A DNA stretch of 64,000 nt from Candidatus Poribacteria bacterium (GTDB taxonomy: Bacteria > Poribacteria > WGA-4E > WGA-3G). The translations under genes and the position numbers were made by a program. Within the stretch, counting starts at the first letter, position 1. Every line of letters begins with the position of its first letter. Location: contig JAJDZB010000023.1 in NCBI GenBank assembly GCA_022824835.1, forward strand, positions 14,461 to 78,460, given 5' to 3'. The notes below the pieces were generated by a model. It was not told the origin of the DNA, made no database searches, and saw nothing but the letters and a program-made list of their open reading frames with translations. Shown in pieces: positions 27,600-36,159 of the stretch.

Positions 27600-28290
27600 A
27601 AAGTTTTTGTCCCCAAAGTTTGTTACTGTAGAAAAAGGACCGCTAAACCCTTGCTCCAGCGGAGCAATATGTCTATAGAAAAAGGATTGTTAACGGGCCG
27701 CACTCCAGCGGAGTGCTATGTACATAAACGGACGTGTAAAGATTCTGACAAAAAAGGTGACAATAATTTTACATATCATAGAAGTCAATTTAGCGATTCC
27801 CAAGACCATGACTGTAGCACATTCATCCTTGATTGTGCTATCTTTCTCCAATCACCATAAGCGTCAATTTAAGGATATTCCCGCTTCTTGGCGGGTTATA
27901 TAAAACCAATTCTATCCTCATACCTTTCGCACCGCTGGTGCTTGGGTTTTCGTGGGATACGTTCTCTATACACCTTCCGCACCGAAATCAACGCTATGAA
28001 TGCGCGTATGGCATTCAGCGGGTGCTGATATGTGATTATCTAAAGCCTCAGAGAGGCGAAAGGTGTATAGTCCGCGCATTGATCCAACCAATAGCAAGCC
28101 CCAGAGGGGCGAAAGGTGTATCAAACACACTAACGTTATTCACTAAATTGACACCAATAGTGACAATTCTGGAATTTCATAAGCTCTTAATAGTAGTAGG
28201 CACTCTCCGAGTGCCGTCAGATCTTCATAGTAGTAGGCACTCTCCGAGTGCCGTCTCTTCTTAAAAAGGTGACAAAATACTAACACGTCT
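27600..28290. repeat. Repeat-dense intergenic block
   Basis: In order: inverted GGGGACAAAAACTTTACACACCCC; two GCACTCCAGCGGAG(T/C)GC hairpins; GGTGACAATAATTTTACATATC; the 29-mer TGTAGCACATTCATCCTTGATTGTGCTAT, identical to 1710-1738; GC hairpins with a GGTGTATAG tail; two GGCACTCTCCGAGTGCC hairpins; GGTGACAAAATACTAACAC. Confidence 0.8.
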
Positions 28291-28421
28291 GATAGAAATT
28301 CAGCATTGAACTAAGCAAAGAAATGTGATATAATCTATAATTGTATATGTAGTCAGATTGACACTTGATTGGTAGTATAATAACATGAAAAGTATAATAA
28401 CATGAAAGAAGGAAACATTTA

Positions 28422-29369
28422 ATGAATCTTAGGAATATTCCAGGAGTTGATAGGGAAATATCACAATTGATCCTGGGAACGATGATGTATTCACCTGACT
28501 CATACCACCATGACGCAAAAATGCTTGATACCTTCTTTGAGAAGGGCGGAAATGCACTTGATACTGCACATATATACGGTGGCGGCAATAGTGAAAGGTT
28601 AATCGGACAGTGGATGCAAGAACGCAAAAACCGAAATGACGTCTTTCTTATAGACAAAGGAGGACACCCTCACGGCGGAGTTCCAAATAGAGTCTCGCCT
28701 GAGTATGTAAAGCAAGACCTTGATGAGAATCTGAAAAGACTTAACACAGAGTACATTGACCTTTATATGCTCCATAGAGATGACACATCTATTCCAGTCA
28801 GCACAATTATTGATTACCTAAACGAGGAGATTCATAAAGGACGTATCCGAGCGATCGCTGCTTCTAACTGGGAACCCGCACGGATTGATGCAGCAAACAG
28901 ATATGCATCAGAAAACGGTCTACACGGTTTTGTCGCATGCAGCAATAACATAAGTCTTGCTGTTCAGAAAGAACCAATCTGGGGTGGTTGTGTCATTGTT
29001 GACGATGAAGCGCGTCAATGGCATAAAGATACGCAGTTTCCACTGATGCCGTGGTCTTCACAAGCACGAGGGTTTTTTAGCGGAGCATTTACACCTGAAA
29101 ACCGCACTGACAGCAATATGGTACGGGTCTATTACAATGACGACAACTTTGAAAGATTTGAACGAGCGAAAAAACTGGGTTCAGGATACGGATTTTCTGC
29201 TATTCAAGTTTCACTCGCTTATTGCGTTCATCTTCCTTTTCCAATATTTCCAATCATAGGACCCGCAAACTTAGGAGAGATGGAGTCTTCACTTGGGGCA
29301 TTAAAACTCAAACTATCCGATGAAGAAATGGAGTGGTTAAACCTCGAATCTGACAAAATTAATTTCTAA
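28422..29369 (+). CDS. Aldo/keto reductase
   Basis: ALDTAHIYGGGNSERLIG plus the overall aldo/keto reductase (AKR) pattern. Confidence 0.8.
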   Translation: MNLRNIPGVDREISQLILGTMMYSPDSYHHDAKMLDTFFEKGGNALDTAHIYGGGNSERLIGQWMQERKNRNDVFLIDKGGHPHGGVPNRVSPEYVKQDLDENLKRLNTEYIDLYMLHRDDTSIPVSTIIDYLNEEIHKGRIRAIAASNWEPARIDAANRYASENGLHGFVACSNNISLAVQKEPIWGGCVIVDDEARQWHKDTQFPLMPWSSQARGFFSGAFTPENRTDSNMVRVYYNDDNFERFERAKKLGSGYGFSAIQVSLAYCVHLPFPIFPIIGPANLGEMESSLGALKLKLSDEEMEWLNLESDKINF

Positions 29370-29396
29370 CTGGCACAACCCGAGGAGTTAACATAA

Positions 29397-30494
29397 ATGA
29401 AAAACAGAATAATCACCACCGCACTGATACTCTCTTTACACCTTCTACTTTTTGGATGGGTCTATGACGTTGTCGCACAAGAGAGTTGAGGCGCGTGAAG
29501 CAATCCCGCAATTCCACGCGGTGGGATAGGTGAAGTCGGTCTGGCTTCAGAAAACAAAAAATTCCAACTATCAATTAGCACGATGCGATGGTTTGATGCC
29601 CAAGGTGGACATTTTGAAGATAAGGGAATTTTCCCAAATGCTGAACAAAAAATACAGAAAGTACCTAATCATAGACATCACGTTAATCTAAACATATATC
29701 GTACTGACATCGGAATCAAATACTACTTGACCCCTCGGTGGATTCTGGAGGCGAATCTACCGTATGAAACCAAAATACAGGAAGCACGTGTAGAGAAAAT
29801 CGATCCTGTCACTGAAGAACAGTGGAATGCTATAAAGCTTAATGGTTATATCCATCATCGTAACGAGACCTACACAGGACTCGCAGATGCCGACATTTTT
29901 GTTGGACACTATATCCGAGGAGTCTTTAAAGAAAACGACTTCCTCATGGGACGTATAGGTTCCACGATTCCATTTGGTAAAACGGAAGAAAACCCTTGGC
30001 CCCTCGGAGACCAAGGACGGGAACATCAACATCTTCAATTCGGAACAGGTACATTCAATCCTGTCGGTGATATACACTATAGTTATCCGATCTATAAAGG
30101 TTTAGCAACCCAAACAAGTCTCCGCGTTAAGTTCCCATTTTATGAAAACGCTAAAACATATCGCGGTTCCAGGGAACTAACCTATACGGCTGGACTGAAC
30201 TATAGATTGAATGATTGGCTTGCGTTCCAAGCAGGTTATCTCGGCTTTTATCAGAGCTATGCATATTGGGATGGTGAATTAGATATAAATACGGGTCTGA
30301 CTTTTGGGATGGCATCCTTTAGCTCTACGGTTACTACACCGCTGAATATTCCGCTATCTATTGCACTGATGTTACCATTACATCAGCAGACAATGTATGA
30401 TGACGAAGATGCACTGACAGGTACGAACTATCAAGAAAGCGATGCATTTAAGTTTGGACCCCTTCTCTCTATAACTGTAATGTATTTCTTTTAA
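29397..30494 (+). pseudogene. Outer-membrane beta-barrel protein gene interrupted by two in-frame TGA codons
   Basis: ATG at 29397 with a GAGGAG Shine-Dalgarno site encodes a signal peptide, MKNRIITTALILSLHLLLFGWVYDVVAQES. TGA at 29487-29489 and 29496-29498 follow in the same frame. The frame then continues without interruption into the 303 aa ORF (29583..30494), which ends in F like a beta-barrel outer-membrane protein. Confidence 0.5.
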
Positions 30495-30517
30495 ATTATG
30501 GAGTGTAAATCAGAACT

Positions 30518-30973
30518 TTGATGATAGAACAGAGCAGAAGCGTTCAAATTTTCCAGGGTATTATTAGTGTAATTTTGGGAGGTGTCAGTATACTACTGGC
30601 GATCTTCCTACATCAATCCGCCTATCCCATAGTAACACTCATTACATTCTTTTTGGTTGGATTGACACTGATTTTTTCAGGAGATTACCTTATTAACCCT
30701 TTCAGGTTATCTGTCAACCCGATCAGACAACAGTTCTTTAGCGAAATGTGTCTTATTGCTTATGGAGCTTTCTACGTAAATATCGGTTTTTCCAGATTGC
30801 TCCAGCCTCTTTCACTGTTTGACATATCGCAATTCATACCACCTGTCTGGATAAGACGTGGTATAAGCAGTATAGGTATCCTATTGATTATTGGCGGTAT
30901 CTATGGAATCGCTGGATTATTGATGGAACAGAATTCTCAGGAAAATGGGGAAAATACCACTACAAACCAATAG
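30518..30973 (+). CDS. Hypothetical integral membrane protein
   Basis: 151 aa with about four transmembrane helices and no motif I recognise. Confidence 0.4.
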   Translation: MMIEQSRSVQIFQGIISVILGGVSILLAIFLHQSAYPIVTLITFFLVGLTLIFSGDYLINPFRLSVNPIRQQFFSEMCLIAYGAFYVNIGFSRLLQPLSLFDISQFIPPVWIRRGISSIGILLIIGGIYGIAGLLMEQNSQENGENTTTNQ

Positions 30974-30989
30974 TGTCTTCTAAACTTGT

Positions 30990-31295
30990 TCACTTTGCGA
31001 TGATAACAGCGTAGCGGAGCGGGGTCTTTCCGACATTCGTAATACCGTGCAATACGGTACAGTCAACATGCACTGCTTCGTTGTCCTTTACATTATGTGT
31101 CTGTTCTCCGAACAGAACTTCACCTTCACCTGAAAACACGTAGAAAATCTCTTCTCCATCGTGGGTATGTGGTGGATGCGCGCGTTCTCCCGGTCCCACT
31201 TCTGAAATATGAAGACTGAGTCTACTCCGATCCATACCACCTTCAAATACAAACCGGTCAATACCTTTGATGTCAGTTCTAATCGTTTCTGTCAT
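30990..31295 (-). CDS. Cupin-domain protein
   Basis: 101 aa with the two-His cupin motif (HPPHTHDGEE...H). Confidence 0.6.
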   Translation of the reverse strand: MTETIRTDIKGIDRFVFEGGMDRSRLSLHISEVGPGERAHPPHTHDGEEIFYVFSGEGEVLFGEQTHNVKDNEAVHVDCTVLHGITNVGKTPLRYAVIIAK

Positions 31296-31453
31296 TGATA
31301 TACCTCCATATCTACTTATATACTATCACAGTTTACGGTTTTCTATCAAGATCTAAAACCGCAGACTCAAAAATTGCAAGTATAATCCCAGTGTGTTATA
31401 CTTTATGACAAATATCAAAAACAATTATACACTTCATCCACAATAGGAATTTT

Positions 31454-32362
31454 ATGCGTAACAGATTTATAGATACAATTGCCTATCTCGCTGTTGTATG
31501 TTTGAGTTGGTTTTGTCGTATTATCCCTAAAAAATCGGCAATGATATTCGGTTCAACGCTTGGAAAGATACTATATCGAATCCTCAAAGAACGACGGAAG
31601 ATTGCACTTAAAAACCTACAGATTGCCTTCGGGGATTGTATTGATGCAAGGGAACAAGAAAAAATCTGTATAGGTAGTTTCGTCAATTTCGGCAAAACCT
31701 TCATTGAATTTCTACGTTTCAAAAAACTGAACAGTAAAAATATCTGGAATGAGGTCACTGTTTACGGATCGGAAAACATAAAGGAAGCATTGACTTACGG
31801 TAAAGGGGCAATTGTCTTTCTACCACACTTTGGGAATTGGGAACTGTTATCTCTGGTTTATGGTGCTCTTATTCCTAATCAAGCAAAAGCAATCGCATTC
31901 CCGCTGAAATACGATCGATTGAATGCCTATCTGTGGCAAATACGCGAACATTTGAGTCTAAAGATAATTCCGAGACAAAACGCAATTCGGGCAACGTTGC
32001 GAGCCTTAAAGAACAATGAAGCTGTTGGGTTCTTTGCTGACCAGAATGCTGGGGATCAAGGTATTTTCATTGAATTCTTCGGAAAACCTGCATCTTCCTC
32101 ACGAGCACCTGTAACCCTTGCATTAAAAACAGAGGCACCTATACTCTTCTCATTAGCCATACGGCAACCAGATGACAAACACCACGTCTACATATCACCA
32201 CCCATTCACTTAGAATCATCAGAAAACGTTGAGAAGGACATAGAATCATACACAGCACAACTTATGAAAGAACTGGAAAGTTACATAAGAAAACATCCTG
32301 AACAGTGGTTGTGGATTCACAACCGATGGAAAACACAACCAATTCAGTCAAAACAAGCATAG
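31454..32362 (+). CDS. LpxL/HtrB-family lysophospholipid or lipid A acyltransferase
   Basis: N-terminal transmembrane helix. HFGNWE is the HX4D/E acyltransferase motif. Size and layout match lipid A lauroyl acyltransferases. Confidence 0.6.
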   Translation: MRNRFIDTIAYLAVVCLSWFCRIIPKKSAMIFGSTLGKILYRILKERRKIALKNLQIAFGDCIDAREQEKICIGSFVNFGKTFIEFLRFKKLNSKNIWNEVTVYGSENIKEALTYGKGAIVFLPHFGNWELLSLVYGALIPNQAKAIAFPLKYDRLNAYLWQIREHLSLKIIPRQNAIRATLRALKNNEAVGFFADQNAGDQGIFIEFFGKPASSSRAPVTLALKTEAPILFSLAIRQPDDKHHVYISPPIHLESSENVEKDIESYTAQLMKELESYIRKHPEQWLWIHNRWKTQPIQSKQA

Positions 32363-32379
32363 ATTCACACCAATTAAGG

Positions 32380-32560
32380 TTGTTCTTCCACCCTTCCACC
32401 CTTCCACCCTTCCATCCTTTCCTCTTATCCTGGTATAATCCTGTAATCCTGAAAATCCTGGTCACCCTTCTACCCTTCCACCCATCCCCTCTTATCCTGG
32501 TATAATCCTGTAATCCTGAAAATCCTGGTCAACCTTCCACCCTTCCAATGACATTTCTTC
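32380..32560. repeat. CTTCCA and ATCCTG low-complexity repeat tract
   Basis: CCACCCTTCCACCCTTCCATCC...CTCTTATCCTGGTATAATCCTGTAATCCTGAAAATCCTGGTCA, twice. Confidence 0.8.
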
Positions 32561-32563
32561 TTG

Positions 32564-33958
32564 TCAATCCGACTCCAAATCAAAACAGATGAGTCGATCT
32601 TTCCCACGAATATAGAGATATCCATCCGATAATACAGGAGCTGCCCAAGCGGGATAACTGATCAACTGTTTACCATTCTCATCTTTCACCACGCATTGAG
32701 AAACTATCACAGGTTTTTCGGGAGTGCATTTCAACAACATCAATCTGCCATACTCTCCAAGATATATGAAGTAGTCGTTAACCCAGAGCAGAGATGCGCG
32801 TTCATTGACACGTTGACGCCACATCACTTTACCACTCTTTACCGCCACGCATCTAATATCAGCACCGCCAGAATGTTTTCCACTGCTACCATAAAGAAAA
32901 CCTTCATGGTGTATAGCCGTGTTCCAATGTAACGCCATTGACATATTGCGAGAATTCGCTTTGTCCCTCCAGATCAAGTCATATCCACCCGGTCGCACCC
33001 GTATAACAGAACTGCCGATACCGTAGGATTCACTGATGAAAACAAGATCACCTATCACAACAGGAGAGGAAGCGTTCACCGATTCAACTTTCTGACTACG
33101 CCACGGATAATGAAAATCTATCTTGCCAGAATTCGGTTCAAAACCGACCAATCCACCACGAAGAAATGCAAATCCCCAACGTCTCCCATCAATCTCTGCA
33201 AATACGGGACTTGCATAACTGGCTAATTCATCTGCAATCTGATAAATTACTTCACCCGTCCGTTTGTTGAAGGCAACAATTCCAGAACCATCCGGTTTTG
33301 GATTACCATCAGAGTCCCAGATGTTTCTTGATGTTCCTTGTGGAGACCCTCCAATATGGACGACAAGCAACTCACCCTCAACGGTAGGTACTGATGCGAC
33401 ACCGAAGAAGTTCTGAACGACATTAAACCTCTCTACAGTATCTACTCTCCATAACCGTTCACCATCTTCTGTGCTGACACAGTGCAGTTCCCCCTCTGCC
33501 CCAAAGATATAGACACGATCCCCATCCACTACAGGACAACAACGAGGTCCGTTGTTGTATCCGTACATATCCTCATAATCTGTAGCATACTCGTACCTCC
33601 AGATTTCATCACCGGTCGTCCTTTCTAAACAGCTTAGCCGTGCTAAATCTGCATGTCGGGCAAAGACATAGACCCGTCCATTCGCGACAGTAGGAGAACC
33701 GTAGCTTGTGCCAATTTCTCTGACCCAAACAATCTTTGGTCCAGATTTTTCCCACGGAACGATCTTGATCTTCTCTTGTGATTTTCCATTTCGGTCTGGA
33801 CCAAGAAAATCATTCCAATCCAATGCACAAGATACATCAACGAGCACCAGATTTAACAAGTTGAACACTATCAAGAGGCTTGTTCGAACAGTCCTGTCCG
33901 TAAATCTCCGATAGTTTTTATTTGAGCATGATGACATATTTGTTCTATATTTATGCAA
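32564..33958 (-). CDS. PQQ-like beta-propeller repeat protein (BamB-like fold)
   Basis: N-terminal transmembrane/signal segment. Repeated G..Y.......G.L.a.d..tG..W modules. Confidence 0.6.
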   Translation of the reverse strand: MHKYRTNMSSCSNKNYRRFTDRTVRTSLLIVFNLLNLVLVDVSCALDWNDFLGPDRNGKSQEKIKIVPWEKSGPKIVWVREIGTSYGSPTVANGRVYVFARHADLARLSCLERTTGDEIWRYEYATDYEDMYGYNNGPRCCPVVDGDRVYIFGAEGELHCVSTEDGERLWRVDTVERFNVVQNFFGVASVPTVEGELLVVHIGGSPQGTSRNIWDSDGNPKPDGSGIVAFNKRTGEVIYQIADELASYASPVFAEIDGRRWGFAFLRGGLVGFEPNSGKIDFHYPWRSQKVESVNASSPVVIGDLVFISESYGIGSSVIRVRPGGYDLIWRDKANSRNMSMALHWNTAIHHEGFLYGSSGKHSGGADIRCVAVKSGKVMWRQRVNERASLLWVNDYFIYLGEYGRLMLLKCTPEKPVIVSQCVVKDENGKQLISYPAWAAPVLSDGYLYIRGKDRLICFDLESD

Positions 33959-34140
33959 TAAAGGAATAATGTTGATTTACTAAAAAACTTCATAACACAC
34001 AGAAGTTGTTGCAGCATACCACAAACAAGTGTTAGAATAGTTGTTGTTTTAGCAGATGTCACATTACATTATGCACCAAATATATCACCATTGCAACACT
34101 TTTTTGACATACATGCAATAATGCCTCAAGACAGGTAAGA

Positions 34141-35490
34141 ATGAAAAATAGACGTTTTCACGCTGCAATCATTTCACTACTCCTACACATCCTCTTCGCT
34201 GCCATTATCGCTCTCTTTATATCAGATCACTACTTGTCATTGAATGAAAAGGCAATAGATGTGAAGTTTGTCAAACCCGAACCGGTCAGGAATACAGTGC
34301 GACGACCACACAGAACCGCTGTACTTCCCACTACTCGGCAAACGCCCCAGCAAACGACAAAGGCAATCCAATTTCAGATACCGAAAGCAGATCATCTTCC
34401 AAAAACAGAAAACCGTATTCAAAATCCAACGTCTTCGCAAGAATATGCAACAGATGTATTCGATCCAACCGAAGTCTCCATCCCTAACCCGCAATTAGAA
34501 AAGGATAGACGTTCTATTACGACTACACCGAGAACAACGACTGCTGCGCCAACTATCCCGACAACTGAAAAAATAAAAAAGACACGACATATCCCAGTTA
34601 TCAGTCCAAAACAAAACACAACTACCACAGGAATATTTGATGATATTCTTGACAGTCAATTACAACCGGGAAACCTAACTTACGATACAGATAACAAATT
34701 GCAAAACCCCGTTATGTTACCGCAAGGCACATTAGGAGCAATTTTAGAAGGCACTGGAGACGAAATACGCGGACATATACGAATTATAAGACTGAAACAT
34801 ACGCTCTCTGATTGGTGGCAAGACCCAACTGCTCTCCCCGCATTGATGAAATGGATGGATAAATGGACAGCAATACGTGTTGACATGAGCTTCGAAGGAG
34901 GTGCTTTGCCAATAACAGACCCGAAAATCTTTGATGCACCTCTCATCGTTATGACGGGACATGATAAAGATATTACCCTCGGACGTGGACTGGCAAAAGA
35001 CGGTCCAATACAGAACAGTTTTACACCCGAAGAACGCGCTGCACTACGGAAATACATCGTAGATGAAGGAGGTATGCTCTTTTTTGATGACTGTGGATTT
35101 CGTGGACTGTTCGCACATATTGTTGCTGAAGAGTTGAAAGAAGTTTTTCCTGAGTATCCGCTTGAGATTCTACCCCACGATCACGAAATATATACCATTC
35201 ACTTCCATCTAACAAAACCCCCGACAGGAGGTGATGTGTTTTGGGGAAACGAAAACAACGCGCAACCTACACAATTCCGTTTTCAAAAAGGAATAACAAT
35301 AGACAACCGTCTCGCTGTCGTCTTCAATCGCAAGGATTACATGTGTGCAATGGAGACAGCAGAAATTGAAAGCAGAACAATGCTACGATTGAGACGTTCA
35401 CCAGATGTCTATCGGTTCATGACAAATCTCCTCATCTACGCATTGAAGTATGGAGGAAATACAGACAGGACAAATTATAGAGAAAAATAA
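34141..35490 (+). CDS. Membrane-anchored protein with a Pro/Thr-rich linker and a DUF4159-like C-terminal domain
   Basis: N-terminal transmembrane helix and a low-complexity P/T/Q linker. The conserved C-terminal ~230 aa (LIVMTGHDKD...FFDDCGF) is assigned to DUF4159 by recall only. Confidence 0.4.
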   Translation: MKNRRFHAAIISLLLHILFAAIIALFISDHYLSLNEKAIDVKFVKPEPVRNTVRRPHRTAVLPTTRQTPQQTTKAIQFQIPKADHLPKTENRIQNPTSSQEYATDVFDPTEVSIPNPQLEKDRRSITTTPRTTTAAPTIPTTEKIKKTRHIPVISPKQNTTTTGIFDDILDSQLQPGNLTYDTDNKLQNPVMLPQGTLGAILEGTGDEIRGHIRIIRLKHTLSDWWQDPTALPALMKWMDKWTAIRVDMSFEGGALPITDPKIFDAPLIVMTGHDKDITLGRGLAKDGPIQNSFTPEERAALRKYIVDEGGMLFFDDCGFRGLFAHIVAEELKEVFPEYPLEILPHDHEIYTIHFHLTKPPTGGDVFWGNENNAQPTQFRFQKGITIDNRLAVVFNRKDYMCAMETAEIESRTMLRLRRSPDVYRFMTNLLIYALKYGGNTDRTNYREK

Positions 35491-35589
35491 CCTAAAAACT
35501 GATCATGTTTAGCTTATGCTAATCTTTCATCACTATTTTCCAGAATATATCCTTATTTCATTTCTAATTGACAAATTGTCATAATATAT

Positions 35590-35675
35590 CGTAGGTCGGG
35601 TAGAGGAACGAAACCCGACAGGACGCAATAAAAAGTCGGGTTTCGCTGCTGCTTCTACCCGACCTACGATATAAT
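35590..35675. repeat. Long imperfect hairpin (19 bp + internal loop + 10 bp stem) between convergent genes
   Basis: ATATCGTAGGTCGGGTAGAGGAACGAAACCCGAC...GTCGGGTTTCGCTGCTGCTTCTACCCGACCTACGATAT. Confidence 0.7.
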
Positions 35676-35780
35676 GTAATGTTTTCATATAGAAATGGTA
35701 TTATTTCCCATGAAATCAATACCTTCGCCAAAATAAATGCTTTATATTAGCCAACAAACCATTTTGAATAATGTCGAACA

Positions 35781-35860
35781 GCCCCAGCGGGGCGACAGGT
35801 GTATAGAAAATGACTATCCTGCTGAATATAAGCCCCAGCGGGGCGACAGGTGTATAGAAA
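35781..35860. repeat. Two copies of the 30-bp hairpin repeat AGCCCCAGCGGGGCGACAGGTGTATAGAAA, separated by 22 bp
   Basis: Seen directly. Variants GCCTCAGAGAGGCGAAAGGTGTATAG and GCCCCAGAGGGGCGAAAGGTGTATC lie at 28040-28130. The pair sits inside 16-nt inverted repeats (35714-35729 and 35983-35998). Confidence 0.8.
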
Positions 35861-36159
35861 CACACAGAAATAAAAAACACATCAGCACAAACTGAAGTTA
35901 TTTTTAATCATAATATCATCCAACATTCCAGATAAATGCGTGATATTTGTTGACTAAACAATCAATACAAACTCAGAAAAATGGCGAAGGTATTGATTAA
36001 ATCAGAGTTTATTATAACCCAAGTTGCCACCTAATGTAGCACATTCTGTTAGATTGTGCCTATGAGGACATAAACTGGAAGCAGACGCTACAATATTGCC
36101 CAAAAGAGGTTGTTTCCAGACCTAAGTCTTGATAGGTAACAACTTGAGTTATTATAGTA

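Noticed and set aside
29487-29498. Selenocysteine or alternative-genetic-code explanation for the paired in-frame TGAs
   Set aside because: All other long ORFs in the window terminate normally at TGA/TAA/TAG and contain no internal TGA, so the standard code applies. Selenocysteine at a signal-peptide cleavage junction of an outer-membrane protein is implausible. I therefore treat it as a pseudogene or error, but keep it as a low-interest finding.
35781-35860. Possible mini-CRISPR array (two identical 30-bp repeats with a 22-bp spacer), and similar paired hairpin repeats at 14961-15040, 27651-27730 and 28186-28260
   Set aside because: Each has only two repeats. Spacers are 20-25 bp and partly related to each other. 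Variants of the units are scattered across the window like REP or MITE-like elements. No cas genes are present, so this fits dispersed hairpin repeats and not CRISPR.
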